DNA of 63,923 nt, the filler included, from Hausera hauseri (Eukaryota), in the NCBI GenBank assembly GCA_046269625.1. It is 12 parts of 12 records of this genome, joined end to end, with 100 filler letters (N's around TTAATTAATTAA, not from the genome) between each part and the next. Parts side by side here need not be neighbours in the genome. Positions count along the whole stretch, not along the records: positions 1 to 5,101 come from JBJURY010335159.1; positions 5,202 to 9,721 come from JBJURY010543008.1; positions 9,822 to 14,232 come from JBJURY010594778.1; 9 more parts are not named here. One strand, written 5' to 3'. Below are positions 1 through 11,182 of the stretch, in pieces. Each line of letters begins with the position of its first letter. Positions within the stretch are counted from its first letter, which is position 1. The notes under the pieces are model-generated. The model saw only the letters and a list, made by a program, of their open reading frames with translations. It did not search any database and was not told the origin of the DNA. Made by a program: the position numbers and the translations under genes.

Positions 1-330
1 CAATTTCTACTTGCCAATATCCAGATTGTAAATCCAGAGTGGTAAACTATTTTGTTCCTGAGAGCCTGTCTAGAGCTTCTTTTACTGATGGCAATGGGAA
101 AGAATCCTTCATTACAAGATTATTCACTGCTGTATAATAAATACCAAAACGGTGTTTTGTAGTACATTTCTTGTTAACCATGAGGATTGGTGAATACCAA
201 GATCTATAGCTATGCCTAATTATATCAGCTTTGAGCATTTGTTCAACCTCTTTTGTTATCTTAGGTTTCAGTGAATGAGGTGGAGGGTACCATTTTGGCA
301 TCTTCGGATCCTCAAGATCTATCTCTTCAT
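1..330 (-). pseudogene. Gypsy reverse transcriptase, N-terminal part
   Basis: EVEQMLKADIIRHS..WYSPILMVNKK..KDSFPLPSVKEALDRLSGTK*FTTLDLQSGYWQVEI is typical Gypsy RT up to the first catalytic Asp. It has an in-frame stop at 47-49. Confidence 0.92.
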
Positions 331-989
331 TTGAATCGGGCTTTTTCTTAAGTGGAATAGTCCATTATAAAGCTTTTGCCCTACCAGTATCTTCGTCGTC
401 TTTAGCAATAATTGATTTATAGCAGAATAATAATTCATAGAATCGACAATAAGATTCAGGTGAAAACTTAGATTTAACATGAGGTGGTGATTCGGCATAT
501 TTGTAAGGCTTTTCTTCAATAGTTATGGACGACACTCTATAAGTATTATCTAAGTTAGTATAAGCATGAAGTTTGACTGGTTTGACGCATTATTCGCTAT
601 CCTGATCGGCAGAAGGCTTGAGTGTACTCTCGTCAATATATTACTGAGTATTATATTTGGATCTAATATTTCCATTGGTTCGAAATATACTGATTGATCG
701 TCATCTTGTTGAATTTGAGGGTAAATTATTATCTATGTTCTTGGTGGAATGTTTTCGTCTACTAGGATCCATAGCTGTTTTTACGCCTTTATTCGGTCTA
801 CTTTTTAATAGTTTTCTTGTTTGCAAGTCGATTATTACATATGATAGTCTTTTCAGTAGGTGGCAGCCTAAAACTACATCGTCAGTTAGTTGTTCTANNN
901 NNNNNNNTAACTGCGAATTCGTGACGGAAAAATTGTCAAACTATGTGAACTTCTGGGTTTTATTTAAATATCGGTTTTGACATTTGGCC

Positions 990-1130
990 AAAAGCTCCTA
1001 TGCTTCCGGGATCTTTTATTAATGGTGGAAATAACTGTTCTCTTAACGTTTCAGGTATTGAATTATTTTTGACATGCGACATCTCAGAACCTGTGTCGAT
1101 TAAGCATAAACTTCCCAATCTTCAATAGAA
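990..1130 (-). pseudogene. Retroviral-type aspartic protease
   Basis: Minus-strand reading LCLIDTGSEMSHV (DTG at 1097-1089). Not present in the ORF track. Confidence 0.75.
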
Positions 1131-1566
1131 ATTTTGTCAAAGCGTCTCCCTTCTATTCCTGTTCCAAAACAATTTTATGCGGGTTTCGGGCGTTTAGTCG
1201 CCGATATTTTATGACCATTTATTCTGATTTCCGGAGAGGACACTATGTTTTCCGACAGTTGTCTTAGTTCCCCATTTGGGTATAATTTATTGTTTTCGAT
1301 GTTCGATTCCTCCGTTTAATGTGTAATAATTAATGGCTCTCGATTGTTAGTATGCGGCTTTATATTTCGAAAAGTTTGTACCCTTTGATTTTCCCAGCCA
1401 GGTAGTCCAGTCTCTATATTTCGCGATTCTCTTGAAGAGTAAAAATGTGTAGGATCGTCAATGGGATGTCGGTAGCACATTTTTCGTAAAATTCCATACC
1501 GTTTTACCTCTTCATAAGGGTCTTCCAAGTTAATTGTTCTCTTATAGATTTCTGTTTGATATAAAC

Positions 1567-3660
1567 TCATTGATCGCTTATCACCGTCTTCATAGACTGG
1601 AGCGGCAGGGGGTAACATGGGCAATAGTGCCTTAACAATGGAATATGTCTTATGTCTATCTGTTTTAAAGGGGCTTCTTTTCCCTTAGGCTTGTCATCAT
1701 CCGAATTATTTCTTCGTGTTTTAGGTTTTGGGAGCTTCCGCTTGTACAAAAACATAGGTCTCCCTTTTTGTTTGCGATTATGGTAGCGGACATGACGTTC
1801 TACTTCCAACTTCCGTCGGCTTTCCTTGTATGCCTTTAAAAACTTTCCAAAAGGCGTTATTATCGCAGTCAAAATTTTACACGAAAATCAGGTCAACGTA
1901 AATATTTCATACCCATTTATTACTGCTTTAATGACTGCCTTAATTAGTTGGATTAAAAAGGATATAGCTAGAAATTCAGATGCGGCTTGTCCAAAAATTA
2001 AAAATCTTCCCCAAATTTTGTTCAGTATTTCCGTGATCACTGCTTGGTAATGATTTGCACCGAGCAACGATTCCCATTTAGCCTGATATCGGGTATCATC
2101 TACTACTGAGGCCATGGTTCGATTTAACTCGTACTATCATTGTCGTGAAAAAGCAGGGAATTGTCTAAAAGTTTCAATTTCCTTTGGTCTATAAAGACCC
2201 TTCGACGAGGTGTCTTGGAAATTATCATCCGTGATTCCTTTTACGAAATTAGTTCCCGTTAAATTAATTGGAGCAGCAGTAATACCTCCACTTGGCAAAC
2301 TTATCCAATCAGTTTCGCTACGTCTAAACATTGGTTCTCCTGAACTTGCCATACAATCTTTAAGGATTGTTGGCTGAGTCGCATTGTCCACACAATATTC
2401 TAGTAAGTGGCATAGCTAACCGGGGAATATTTTTGTATATAACTGAAAGTACTTGTGTACACCGTTTTTCTTCGACATTGATCGATACATCATTTTTCTC
2501 GCATTCGTAAGTAAACAAGACCTCGCCGGTGACTCGACCGAAAATTCCTTCTCGAATAGTAATTATTGACGATGCTAACTCAGTATTAAGATAAATGAGA
2601 GCTAGTTTTGTTCTCATAATTTTCATGTCTAGTTTACAATTATTCGATATCATCTTGTGGTATAGTTCGGCTATTTCAACTTATCCTTTGCAGTAAAAGT
2701 AATCATCTCGATTTTTCAAGTAATCTTCAAGACGAATGTCTGCATCTCCGGTTTGTAAGTTTTCGCATTTATTTCCGTTTCTGCGACGAAAACTGCTTCA
2801 TACTTAGTGGCAAACATCACTACTTCGCAACGGGAGATCATTACTTTTTTAATAAATTTCAATCCATGAGGGTCGGAGATTAATATGGTTGGCATGGAGT
2901 ATTCTGCTACATCTTCGCGTGTCCTTGTGTTAGTGTTGAATTTATTTACGTATCGCTTACCAGTAGTCTCGTTGAATTTCAATTCCTTGATTTTGATAAA
3001 ATTACAATTCTTTCTAGAGGGAGGTTCCCATATTATCACTGAACTACTGAAAGCACACGTTCCATCTTGTAAATGGAATCTTTGATTTTTGGTATATAGT
3101 TTGGTGACGCTACGAAATATCACTTTCTGCGCTAGAATTTGTGATGCATAAAAGTCTACGACCGCTACGTTTGATTCTAGTCCTTTGCCAGTGTCGTATT
3201 CTGCTCCATTACAGTTTTCATTATGCATGTCTAGCCTTCCGACCATTACTTTATATGCTCTGATTATTTCTTTGTTGCATTTTGCGTTCCATAACATCCC
3301 ACTGTAGTCTTCCTGTTTCTCTGGCCTGCTTAGAATGTTTGCGTTCTAAATTCATCAGAATTAAAGGAGTCGCTGGTTTAATTATCGATGAATGTCCGTA
3401 TATCAGTCCGCAGTGAAAAATGCTACGGGATCGCCGTAACATACACTCCATTCCTTCCAGTAATATTAATTATTGTTGTTGGTATAGAAAATAACTTTTT
3501 TCCATTGTTTCTAGTTTATGCGGTCTGGAGTATTCGTGCACCTCTAAATCCATTAAGGTGAATTTCTGTCCAAATTTAAATTTATCTTAATCATAAGCGT
3601 TAATGGCACCTATCTTTTTCACCAACATCATGAAGGTGAGTAAGTTGATTATCCAATTTG
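1567..3660 (-). pseudogene. Chuvirus-like envelope glycoprotein (env), with frameshifts and stops
   Basis: Motifs appear in the expected order: hydrophobic signal-like WIINLLTFMMLV then AYD*(C); FHCG..GHSS; DGTCAF..IIW; GIFGRVTGEVLFTYEC..V..EEKRCTQVLSV..PLTRIL; C....PMF....W; GLY....I..FRQF; membrane region WGRFLIFG..S..LAISFLIQLIKAVIKAVINGY; basic tail. This matches my recollection of chuvirus G proteins and their endogenous copies. Confidence 0.8.
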
Positions 3661-3665
3661 ATTCA

Positions 3666-5100
3666 TTATTTATTTTCCGTTGTTATGAGATTTCGTAACA
3701 TGTCTTCTAGTCGGTTACTATTACTGAATCGTTTATCTTCTTCCTTATCGAATAATCCTAACCACTTTATTTCTCGAGGCAGTTTTCTAACCGCTTTTCT
3801 TGCTAAGCTTGCAGCTCTATTAAATTCGTTCTCCCAATTGGGATTTGTTCTGAAAGCTAAGAACAGTAATACTTTCTTTAGCTTTTCCATCGTGTTCCCT
3901 CCCCATGACCTTCTCGACCACTGATTCATCGGTTCTGTCACTCTTTGATAACTTAGAACGGAAATTGCTCATCATTTTAGCTGCGCTAAATATCATTTTC
4001 TCTTTTTCGTCCAACATGTCACGATGGATGTTTGAATAATTTACTATGTGTATTAGATTTTTCATTAACGCGCTTAATTCGTCGTTGTCCGCTCTGAAGG
4101 TAGGAATATACATCTATCTCAATTTTCTAATGAATTCTACGTTGTAGTAAACATCTCCTCATATTTTCTTGGGCCTACCTACAGGGAGTTTCTGTTTTGA
4201 AACAGTCGTTGTCATTTCACTTAGTGGTACTAAATTCTTGTCGTACTGTTCCTTGACTTTATCCGTTTGCAGATACTCAAAATACATGGAGGCGTCTCGG
4301 ACTCCCATGATTTGTCCTACATATTTGCCTTACGTATGGCTTCTTCTTTAGTCTGCTCATTAGCTACTGTTACCACTATTCGGTTTGTTTTGTCGGGTAT
4401 AATCCAAACGTCTAGTAACTGTTCCAAGTCGTCTAATATTTTATCTCTAAAATAGAATCAATAATTAACTCATTTGTTCCACCATTGTTCATTAACCATT
4501 CTCTTATGTCCCTCACACAGGAATATGTGGTTAACTCACATTATTTTTCATCCATCCACTCAAATGATATCTTTACTTTCATCGTTTCCTCAGGCTTAGC
4601 TTTTAAGATTTTAGCGTATTTCCTTATCAAAAGTTTCCGCACTGTGCTACAAACTGTATTCTCACAACATAATTTAGTTAGGGTCGAAATAAGTTGCTTT
4701 AGCTTATTTTCAGTAATATTTATGTTAATTAGTTCGATTAAATCTTTTTTAGTTAGCTCTGGGTCCAGGAGCATCTCTACATTTAATTGCCTATTCTGCG
4801 GACGCATTTCTGGTTTATTTAAATGTACTGGAGTTATCGGATTTGTGACATTTACCGCATCTAAGTAAGCATCCGATTCTGGTTCATTTCCGACTTCTGG
4901 GAGTTTATAGTCTTCTAGCGCTCTATTCATTCTTTGCACGTTCTCTCGAACTTCCTTTAATCTCAGTTGTATTTCTTTCATCTGTATGGTCCGGAAACTT
5001 ATTCTGTTTCCACAAGCGTTCTGGATCGTTTTAATATTTCGCCCAGTTCGTTAGCAGGATTGAGTCCCCTTTGATGATAGTCGGATCGCTCGATAATTAC
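3666..5100 (-). pseudogene. Unidentified helical protein region upstream of the glycoprotein
   Basis: Same-strand ORF pieces 4541-4981, 3820-4113 and 3666-3941 run directly into the G signal region. No motif recognised. Confidence 0.45.
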
Positions 5101-5101
5101 A

Positions 5102-5201
5102 NNNNNNNNNNNNNNNNNNNNNNNNNNNNNNNNNNNNNNNNNNNNTTAATTAATTAANNNNNNNNNNNNNNNNNNNNNNNNNNNNNNNNNNNNNNNNNNN
5201 N
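5102..5201. other. Artificial contig linker (N-run + TTAATTAATTAA + N-run). Identical linkers at 9722-9821, 14233-14332, 22290-22389, 26574-26673, 30658-30757, 35289-35388, 41962-42061, 48101-48200, 52282-52381, 58491-58590
   Basis: Eleven identical 100-nt spacers whose core gives stop codons in all six frames. Adjacency across them is not biological evidence. Confidence 0.97.
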
Positions 5202-5446
5202 ACTATGTAGGCACAAAATCAATACTTCGTATTAAGCAAAATGTGCTTTTAAAGCCCAGTGAAGCGGAAATCAGTAAATCTTTAAGCAATGCGGGATAGG
5301 AAGTCATGTATGCCGAATGGGAATATGGCACCAGGTATTCGAATTCGAGCTTACAAGTCGAATACTTAGCTATTCAAACTCGCAAACTAGCCAAACATGC
5401 ATTATTCGGCGAATCTAATGACACCATTCAATTCCCCATGGTCGAA

Positions 5447-5574
5447 AACCTTAAATTTGGTATCGCCTTCTATTTAATTTAATTGACTCATTAAAACAAA
5501 AGCGCATTAAACCCTTAAATTTGGCGTTGAGTTCTATTTAATTTAATTGATGCACTAAAACAAAAGCGCTTTAA
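5447..5574. repeat. Two tandem copies of a ~64-bp unit
   Basis: CCTTAAATTTGG...TTCTATTTAATTTAATTGA..CA.TAAAACAAAAGCGC.TTAA occurs twice, just upstream of the PolB gene. Confidence 0.8.
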
Positions 5575-5646
5575 AACCGATCAATAAACGGGCAGTGCAT
5601 GGTGATTTGACTATATTTTTCATTATTTCCAAAATCAGTTCAACGA

Positions 5647-8600
5647 ATGGTGAGTTTTTTAATTGTGCTCCTCAAATAATTGGTTGATTTTAGATGCGCA
5701 AATTTTACAGTGAATGTTTGGCTCAATTGCACGAGCCGGAAAATTGCCACAGTGTTATGAAGAAATTCTTCTGCATATGTACAACAGGGTTTAGTTTTAT
5801 ATATGTCCTACATGTGAGGTAGTGTGCCAAACCAATTATGAAAACTTTTACAATATCCATAAACAGCACTTGATTTCCATCACCAAGTCGAAAAAACAAA
5901 TATTCAGTACCAATATGCCAATAACGACTTCCGTGTCAAAGGAAAATCGAGGGTGCAGTTCATATGTGTATTGCACATGTACAATACATAACCCTGAGAA
6001 TTGCCACATTGTCATGCGGAGCTATTATGCATACAAATTCAACACAAATACAGGATCATCTATTATATCTGCCCAGGATGTGAGGCTGTATGTGATGTAG
6101 AATACATACAGTTTTATGATAATCACAAACATCATTTGACTGACTTCGCATCAAAGTCAAAGAAGATCATCTTTAATAAACATAAGCCAGTTGCAACACA
6201 GCCTGCAATACCCCAAGGAGTGGCCAGTTGATGCTGCAGCATTAAAGAGTAAATGCCGCAAATATGCCATTGATGCAACTTGTCAAACAACCATCAAGGA
6301 GTTCCTGGAGCACACAAAGACAGGACAGAGGAGATTCTTAAGGACAACATAGCTGAGCTCAAGGCTATTAAGGCTAATATGAAACTTGAGGCCACATACG
6401 TCAATGTTGATGCCGAAGAGTCCAAAAGGGCGTTCAAGACCAGAAATAGACCCATATTTGAAGCCACCAATATAGTAGAATGGCTCCATGAAGAGTTTGC
6501 AAAGCTGATCTGTAAAGCTGATGAGAGCTACAGTAAGAAGAGTGGATGAACTCTGGCAACCATCAAGAGATTGCTTGTATATGTGCACAAGTACTCCCCA
6601 ATGCGGGGCAGTACTTATATTTAGCTTCCGGAATAGATCGCTAATAAAAAGCATGCATCAGTGTCCATAATAATGACAAGAAGTATTTAATGTATTCCAT
6701 TCTCTCAAAACTCGTACCGGATCAGAAACATGCAGCAGATCGAGTTTGGCTATATAATGATCCGAAGCACAATTATGACTTCCTCTATCCTTAGATGCAA
6801 TTAAGAAGTTCAGTCGAATCAACAACATATCCATCAACATCATTGGCTTGGATGAGGAGGACAAATTTTATCCCCTGTAGATATATGATACTGAATTGGA
6901 AGATCATAGGGATCTGCTTCTACTAGACGATGGAAAAAAGAAACATTAAGTTTGGATGAAGAACTTTTAGCGTCTAGTCGGATCCCAAACTACGAATCGT
7001 CATGAAAAACTAGAAATATGTAAACGATGCTTTTCACATTGCACTGGTGATACAGCAATGGACAAACTTGAAGTGCACAAGATGTACTGCAGCAACAATT
7101 ACTGTGTAAGGCCAGAATTTCCCAAGGAATACTACACTGAATTCAAGGAGTTCGAGAAGAAGATCAAGGTCCCAACAGTTAACTATTGCGACTTTGAAGC
7201 TATTCTCTGGCCAAATTTACAGCTGCACTCCCAGTCCTCAACATACCAGCACAAGGGCATACTAATATCATAAACTCTCATCGTATTGGATAGTTTAGCT
7301 CGTCATTAGATAGTTTAGTGAAGAACCTCCCTGCAGAAGAACTCAAGGAGACGAAGCGGTTCTTCTCCACTGTTTTTGACCTCGTCAAGAGGAAAGGCGT
7401 GTTTTCTCATAACTACATAACCTCATAGGAAACACTGGATGAAAATTCACTGCCGGCCAAGAAGGACTTTTACAGTATCCTTTTTGATTGCGATATCAGT
7501 GATTCTGACTACCAGCATGCCCAGAACGTCTGGCATGCATTTCAATGCCGATTATTAGGGGAATAGAGCGATATATACCTCAAGATGGACGTGCTGCTGA
7601 TCACAGATGTCTGAGAATTTCAGAGATGTCACAATAAAGAGCCATGCTTTGGATCGTGCTCATTTCTTTACGGACCAGGGATGAGCTTGGCAGCTCTGAT
7701 GAGATATACCGGCATGAGGCTGTAGATCATCAAGGATTACGACATGATCCTTATGATCGAGAGAGGCATTAAAGGCGGAATATGCCACGCCATTCATCGG
7801 TATAGCGAGACCAACAACAAGAATATGGCCGAGTATGATACGTCAAAGGAATGCTCACATATATCATACCTGGATGCCAATAACTTGTATGGATATGCAA
7901 TGAGCGTCCCATTCCCGTATTATAACTTCAAATGGGTCTAGAATCCTGAAAACATCCCTATATTGGACCTGGATCCCACTGGAGATACGGGCTATATACT
8001 GGAGGTCGATATAGAATATCCGACTTCCATCCACTTAAGGTATCAACAGCTGCCTTTTCTCAGTGAGAGCAGAACTCCGCCCCATGGAAAGCACAAGAAG
8101 CTGCTCTGCCATTTGGGTAATAGGCAGAGGTATGTAGTTCACTACATCAATCTCCAGCAGGCAGTTAGATATGGACTTCGTATTACCAAAATCCATGGAG
8201 CCCTTTAGTTCAGCCAGTTTATGTGGATGCAGCCCTACATAGATAGAAATACGAAGCTGCGGACAAATTCCAAGATCGATTTTGAGAAGGACTAGTTCAA
8301 GCTTTACAACAACTCGGTCTTTGGCAAGACCATGGAGAATATCCGCAACAGGATCAACATGGAACTGGTATGTGACTGGAAGCGAGAAAAGAAGCTTATT
8401 TCAAAGCCTAACTTCCACAGCAGCATCATATATACTAAGAACTTGGTCAGCATCCATATCCTGAAAACAGCATTGGTATTCACAAGCCCATATATGTGGG
8501 TATGGCAATCCCCGACCCGTCAAAGACCCTGATGTATCATTTCCACTACGACATTATGGTCCCCAAGTCCTAGTCCATGCAGCTAATTTATATGGATACT

Positions 8601-9065
8601 GATAGATTCATCTATCATATCCATACAGAGGACATTTATGAGGACATTGTCCAGTTAACAGAGCATATTGATACCACAGACTATCCAAAGGATCATCCCA
8701 ACTATTCATTTGACAATAAAAAAGTCCTTGGGAAATTCAAAGACGAGGTGAATGGAGCAATCACGTCAAGATTAGTGGCTCTTAGATCTAAAATGTATGC
8801 CCTAGACGTATGTGGCCAAATGAAAAAGATGGCAAAAGGGGTTCAAAGGGCTACATTGGCCAAGAAGATTAGTTTTCAAAACTATGTGACAGTGATGCAG
8901 GAGCAGACTCACATTATATCGAAAATGAAAAGAATCCAATCTATGGATCATAACATCCAAACTGTCACCTTACAGAAGAAAAGTCTAGATTGGATGGACG
9001 ACAAGAGGCAGGTCTTCAGCGATGGAATTCAGACATTACCTTACGGGTACGTGACATTATTGTAA
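5647..9065 (+). pseudogene. Polinton/Maverick-type protein-primed DNA polymerase B, decayed and internally deleted
   Basis: YCDFEA (ExoI), KRKGVF, GIKGG, YLDANNLYGYAMS (motif A), LEVDIEYP, KLYNNSVFGKTMENIR (motif B), YMDTDRF (motif C), GKFKDE, LRSKMYA, KGV, DDKR, TLPYG. Multiple stops and frameshifts. Confidence 0.92.
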
Positions 9066-9234
9066 CAATGTACGTATTGTTATTCGTTGTTTTTCTTTGT
9101 TCAATAAATGTTGTATAGAAATATCGTGTTGTCTTTTTAATGAAGTAATGTGGGATATAGAGTAAGGCCAATTAAAACTAAGTAACTACTATATAGGTTA
9201 AGACCAATTAATTTCATAACATATTTATTTAGTA

Positions 9235-9720
9235 ACAATATAACTTTGGCATAACGCTAAACAATTTTTCTATGCACAATGTGAACCATGCTCACTATAA
9301 ATACATGTAATGTTCTTTGGTATAGCCTTCAATTTACCACATTCGTATGCACATATTCGCAATTCTGGAAATATGCTATTAAATATCTTCTTCTTTCGCC
9401 CATCTGCATGATTTTTGACAGAACATGCATTCATTTATATCACATATTCTCAATATCTCGCATAAGGCAATCTGTGCAAAACTGGGTATTATATTCCTCC
9501 AAAGTCAGTTTGTAATGATGGTTTGTCAAATAAGCATTTGTTGCTTGAGCCTCGTTTGTGCAACAATGCAGTGTAGGCCTAAAAATAGCAAAAATCACAT
9601 GTACTATACTAAAATTCACTTACGCAAATACATAGTGTAGTGGGTGAAACATATTATCCACTGACATTATACATAGCTCCTTTATGATGTATCCGTTATT
9701 ATTATCCACAAATCCCTCCA
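9235..9720 (-). pseudogene. Maverick accessory protein, DEDD/DnaQ-like nuclease-type (inferred)
   Basis: GFVDNNNGYIIKELCIMSVD..HYVF ... TCIYSEHGSHCA*KN. Homologous to 58040-58490 (IKELCIMD...HGLQWYEG) and 33792-34330 (CPYRDHGPNCAYKN). Convergent with PolB. Confidence 0.6.
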
Positions 9721-9931
9721 ANNNNNNNNNNNNNNNNNNNNNNNNNNNNNNNNNNNNNNNNNNNNTTAATTAATTAANNNNNNNNNNNNNNNNNNNNNNN
9801 NNNNNNNNNNNNNNNNNNNNNACCAGAAATGCATAAAACCGTACAATTACAAAGCAGAAGGAAAATTAATTCTAACACAATTTGATAAGATGAAATACAT
9901 AATTGAAGGTGAAATGTTACATTGGTACCTA

Positions 9932-10080
9932 TGTGGTGCCCACATTTACCCAATCGGTGAATTGCAAAATGAAACTGCGTTATGTTAAAAAACGTTGTGT
10001 TTTAATAATAAATTGATGAAGGGAAATTTTGAAAACTAATGAATTCCTTGGAATTTTAGTGCAGGTTCTACAATTTCACA
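9932..10080 (+). repeat. Short LTR-like sequence related to the 130-bp LTRs at 16799 and 18515
   Basis: Starts TGTGGTGCCCACATTTACCCAATCGGTGA, shares GTTTTAATA and ATTTTGAAAA.TA.TGAA with those LTRs, and ends TTTCACA. Confidence 0.6.
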
Positions 10081-10107
10081 ATTAGATTATTCTTTTTACT
10101 ATAAAAG

Positions 10108-10800
10108 ATGCATACGAACGAATCAGTTTATAACGACATAAATCATTTTAATATCTCAAGTCGATTATTCAACATGAATGATCCACAAAACATGTGGTCA
10201 TCCGACAGCATGTTTTCAAGTGATTGTTCATTTTTAACAAGTCGTGGTTTATTCAACGGTTTCCAAACATCACAACTTCTTAATCGGCCACAACGAATGA
10301 GTCGAACGAAACCATCAGGCGATAGACGTGAAACAAATTTAATAGTAAACTATTTACCAGATGGATTTTTTGAACGGGATTTATATGAATTATTTGGTAA
10401 AGCAGGCCCGATTGCTTATCATTATGTTGTGAGAGATAGAAAAAATCGAAGTAAATGGTTTTGTTGATTATAAAAAATCATCTGATGCCGAAAAGGCAAT
10501 TGAAATGTTTCTTTAATATTCGATTCAAAATAAAAAATTGAAGGTTCAAAATGCGTTTGAAGGTGTACGAATAAAAGACGAAGAAAGACTACGCGTTTTG
10601 AAAGGTCTTACAAATTTGGGTTATAATGTGGAAATAAGAAATGCTTCGTCACATTGGACCGTTGCTAATGTCAGGAACATTTTCGGAAAGTATAGTGAAA
10701 TCATTAGATGTTACGAAAATACATCAGACGATTTGGGAAATGTCGACAGTAACGGAAAAACCAAAACGAAAACATTCAACGCTATTTATCGCTATCACAC
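10108..10800 (+). pseudogene. ELAV/Hu/Sxl-like RRM protein, intronless and disrupted
   Basis: ETNLIVNYLP (ELAV-type RNP2). RNP1 GFVDY lies in a shifted frame near 10457, followed by DAEKAIE, a stop, and NKKLKV. A divergent second RRM follows. Confidence 0.75.
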
Positions 10801-10801
10801 T

Positions 10802-11098
10802 TGTTAGAACCAGATCGACTGGTTGGGGAATCCGGTCAAACCCCAACGGAAGAGTTATAGAGGGTAAATGGTAAAGTTATATGGTGTATATATGTATAAA
10901 AGTATATATATGTATGTATGTGCGTTCACATGTTGATAATGTTGTGTATGAGAATTTGTATAAAATAAGGGTTGTATAGAATGTATAAAATGTTGGTTGG
11001 ATGTGTGTGAAGAATAAAGATTGAATGATCCCTGGCAGGGTTTAGATGACTGAGAGATGACAATAACCATGGTTGAAAGCCGTTAGACGGTCTTTACA
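10802..11098 (+). mobile_element. Solo LTR (~297 bp)
   Basis: TGTTAGA...TCTTTACA termini, internal AATAAA near 11013, flanks ACACT/AAACT (4/5 target-site duplication). It interrupts the RRM reading frame. Confidence 0.65.
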
Positions 11099-11182
11099 AA
11101 ACTATTGTTTTATAATTGCATGACAGTTCTACGGAGTCCGGTAATTTAAAGTCAAAGGTAGAAATATACCAACGTCAATTAT

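Larger units (their letters stand above)
1..5101 (-). mobile_element. Decayed Ty3/Gypsy-like retroelement with order unknown ORF - chuvirus-like glycoprotein - protease - RT
   Basis: All coding remnants are collinear on the minus strand. See the component features. Confidence 0.8.

Noticed and set aside
5146-5157. Recurring TTAATTAATTAA palindrome as a biological repeat or CRISPR-like array
   Set aside because: Always centred in N-runs of fixed length; it is an artificial linker.
6280-9065. Alternative genetic code explaining the many in-frame stops
   Set aside because: All three stop types occur together with frameshifts and deletions, which indicates ordinary decay.
9934-9950. TGGTGCCC as a tRNA primer-binding site
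   Set aside because: It lies at the start of the repeat (after TG and, at 18515, after a PPT), so it is better explained as the LTR 5' end.
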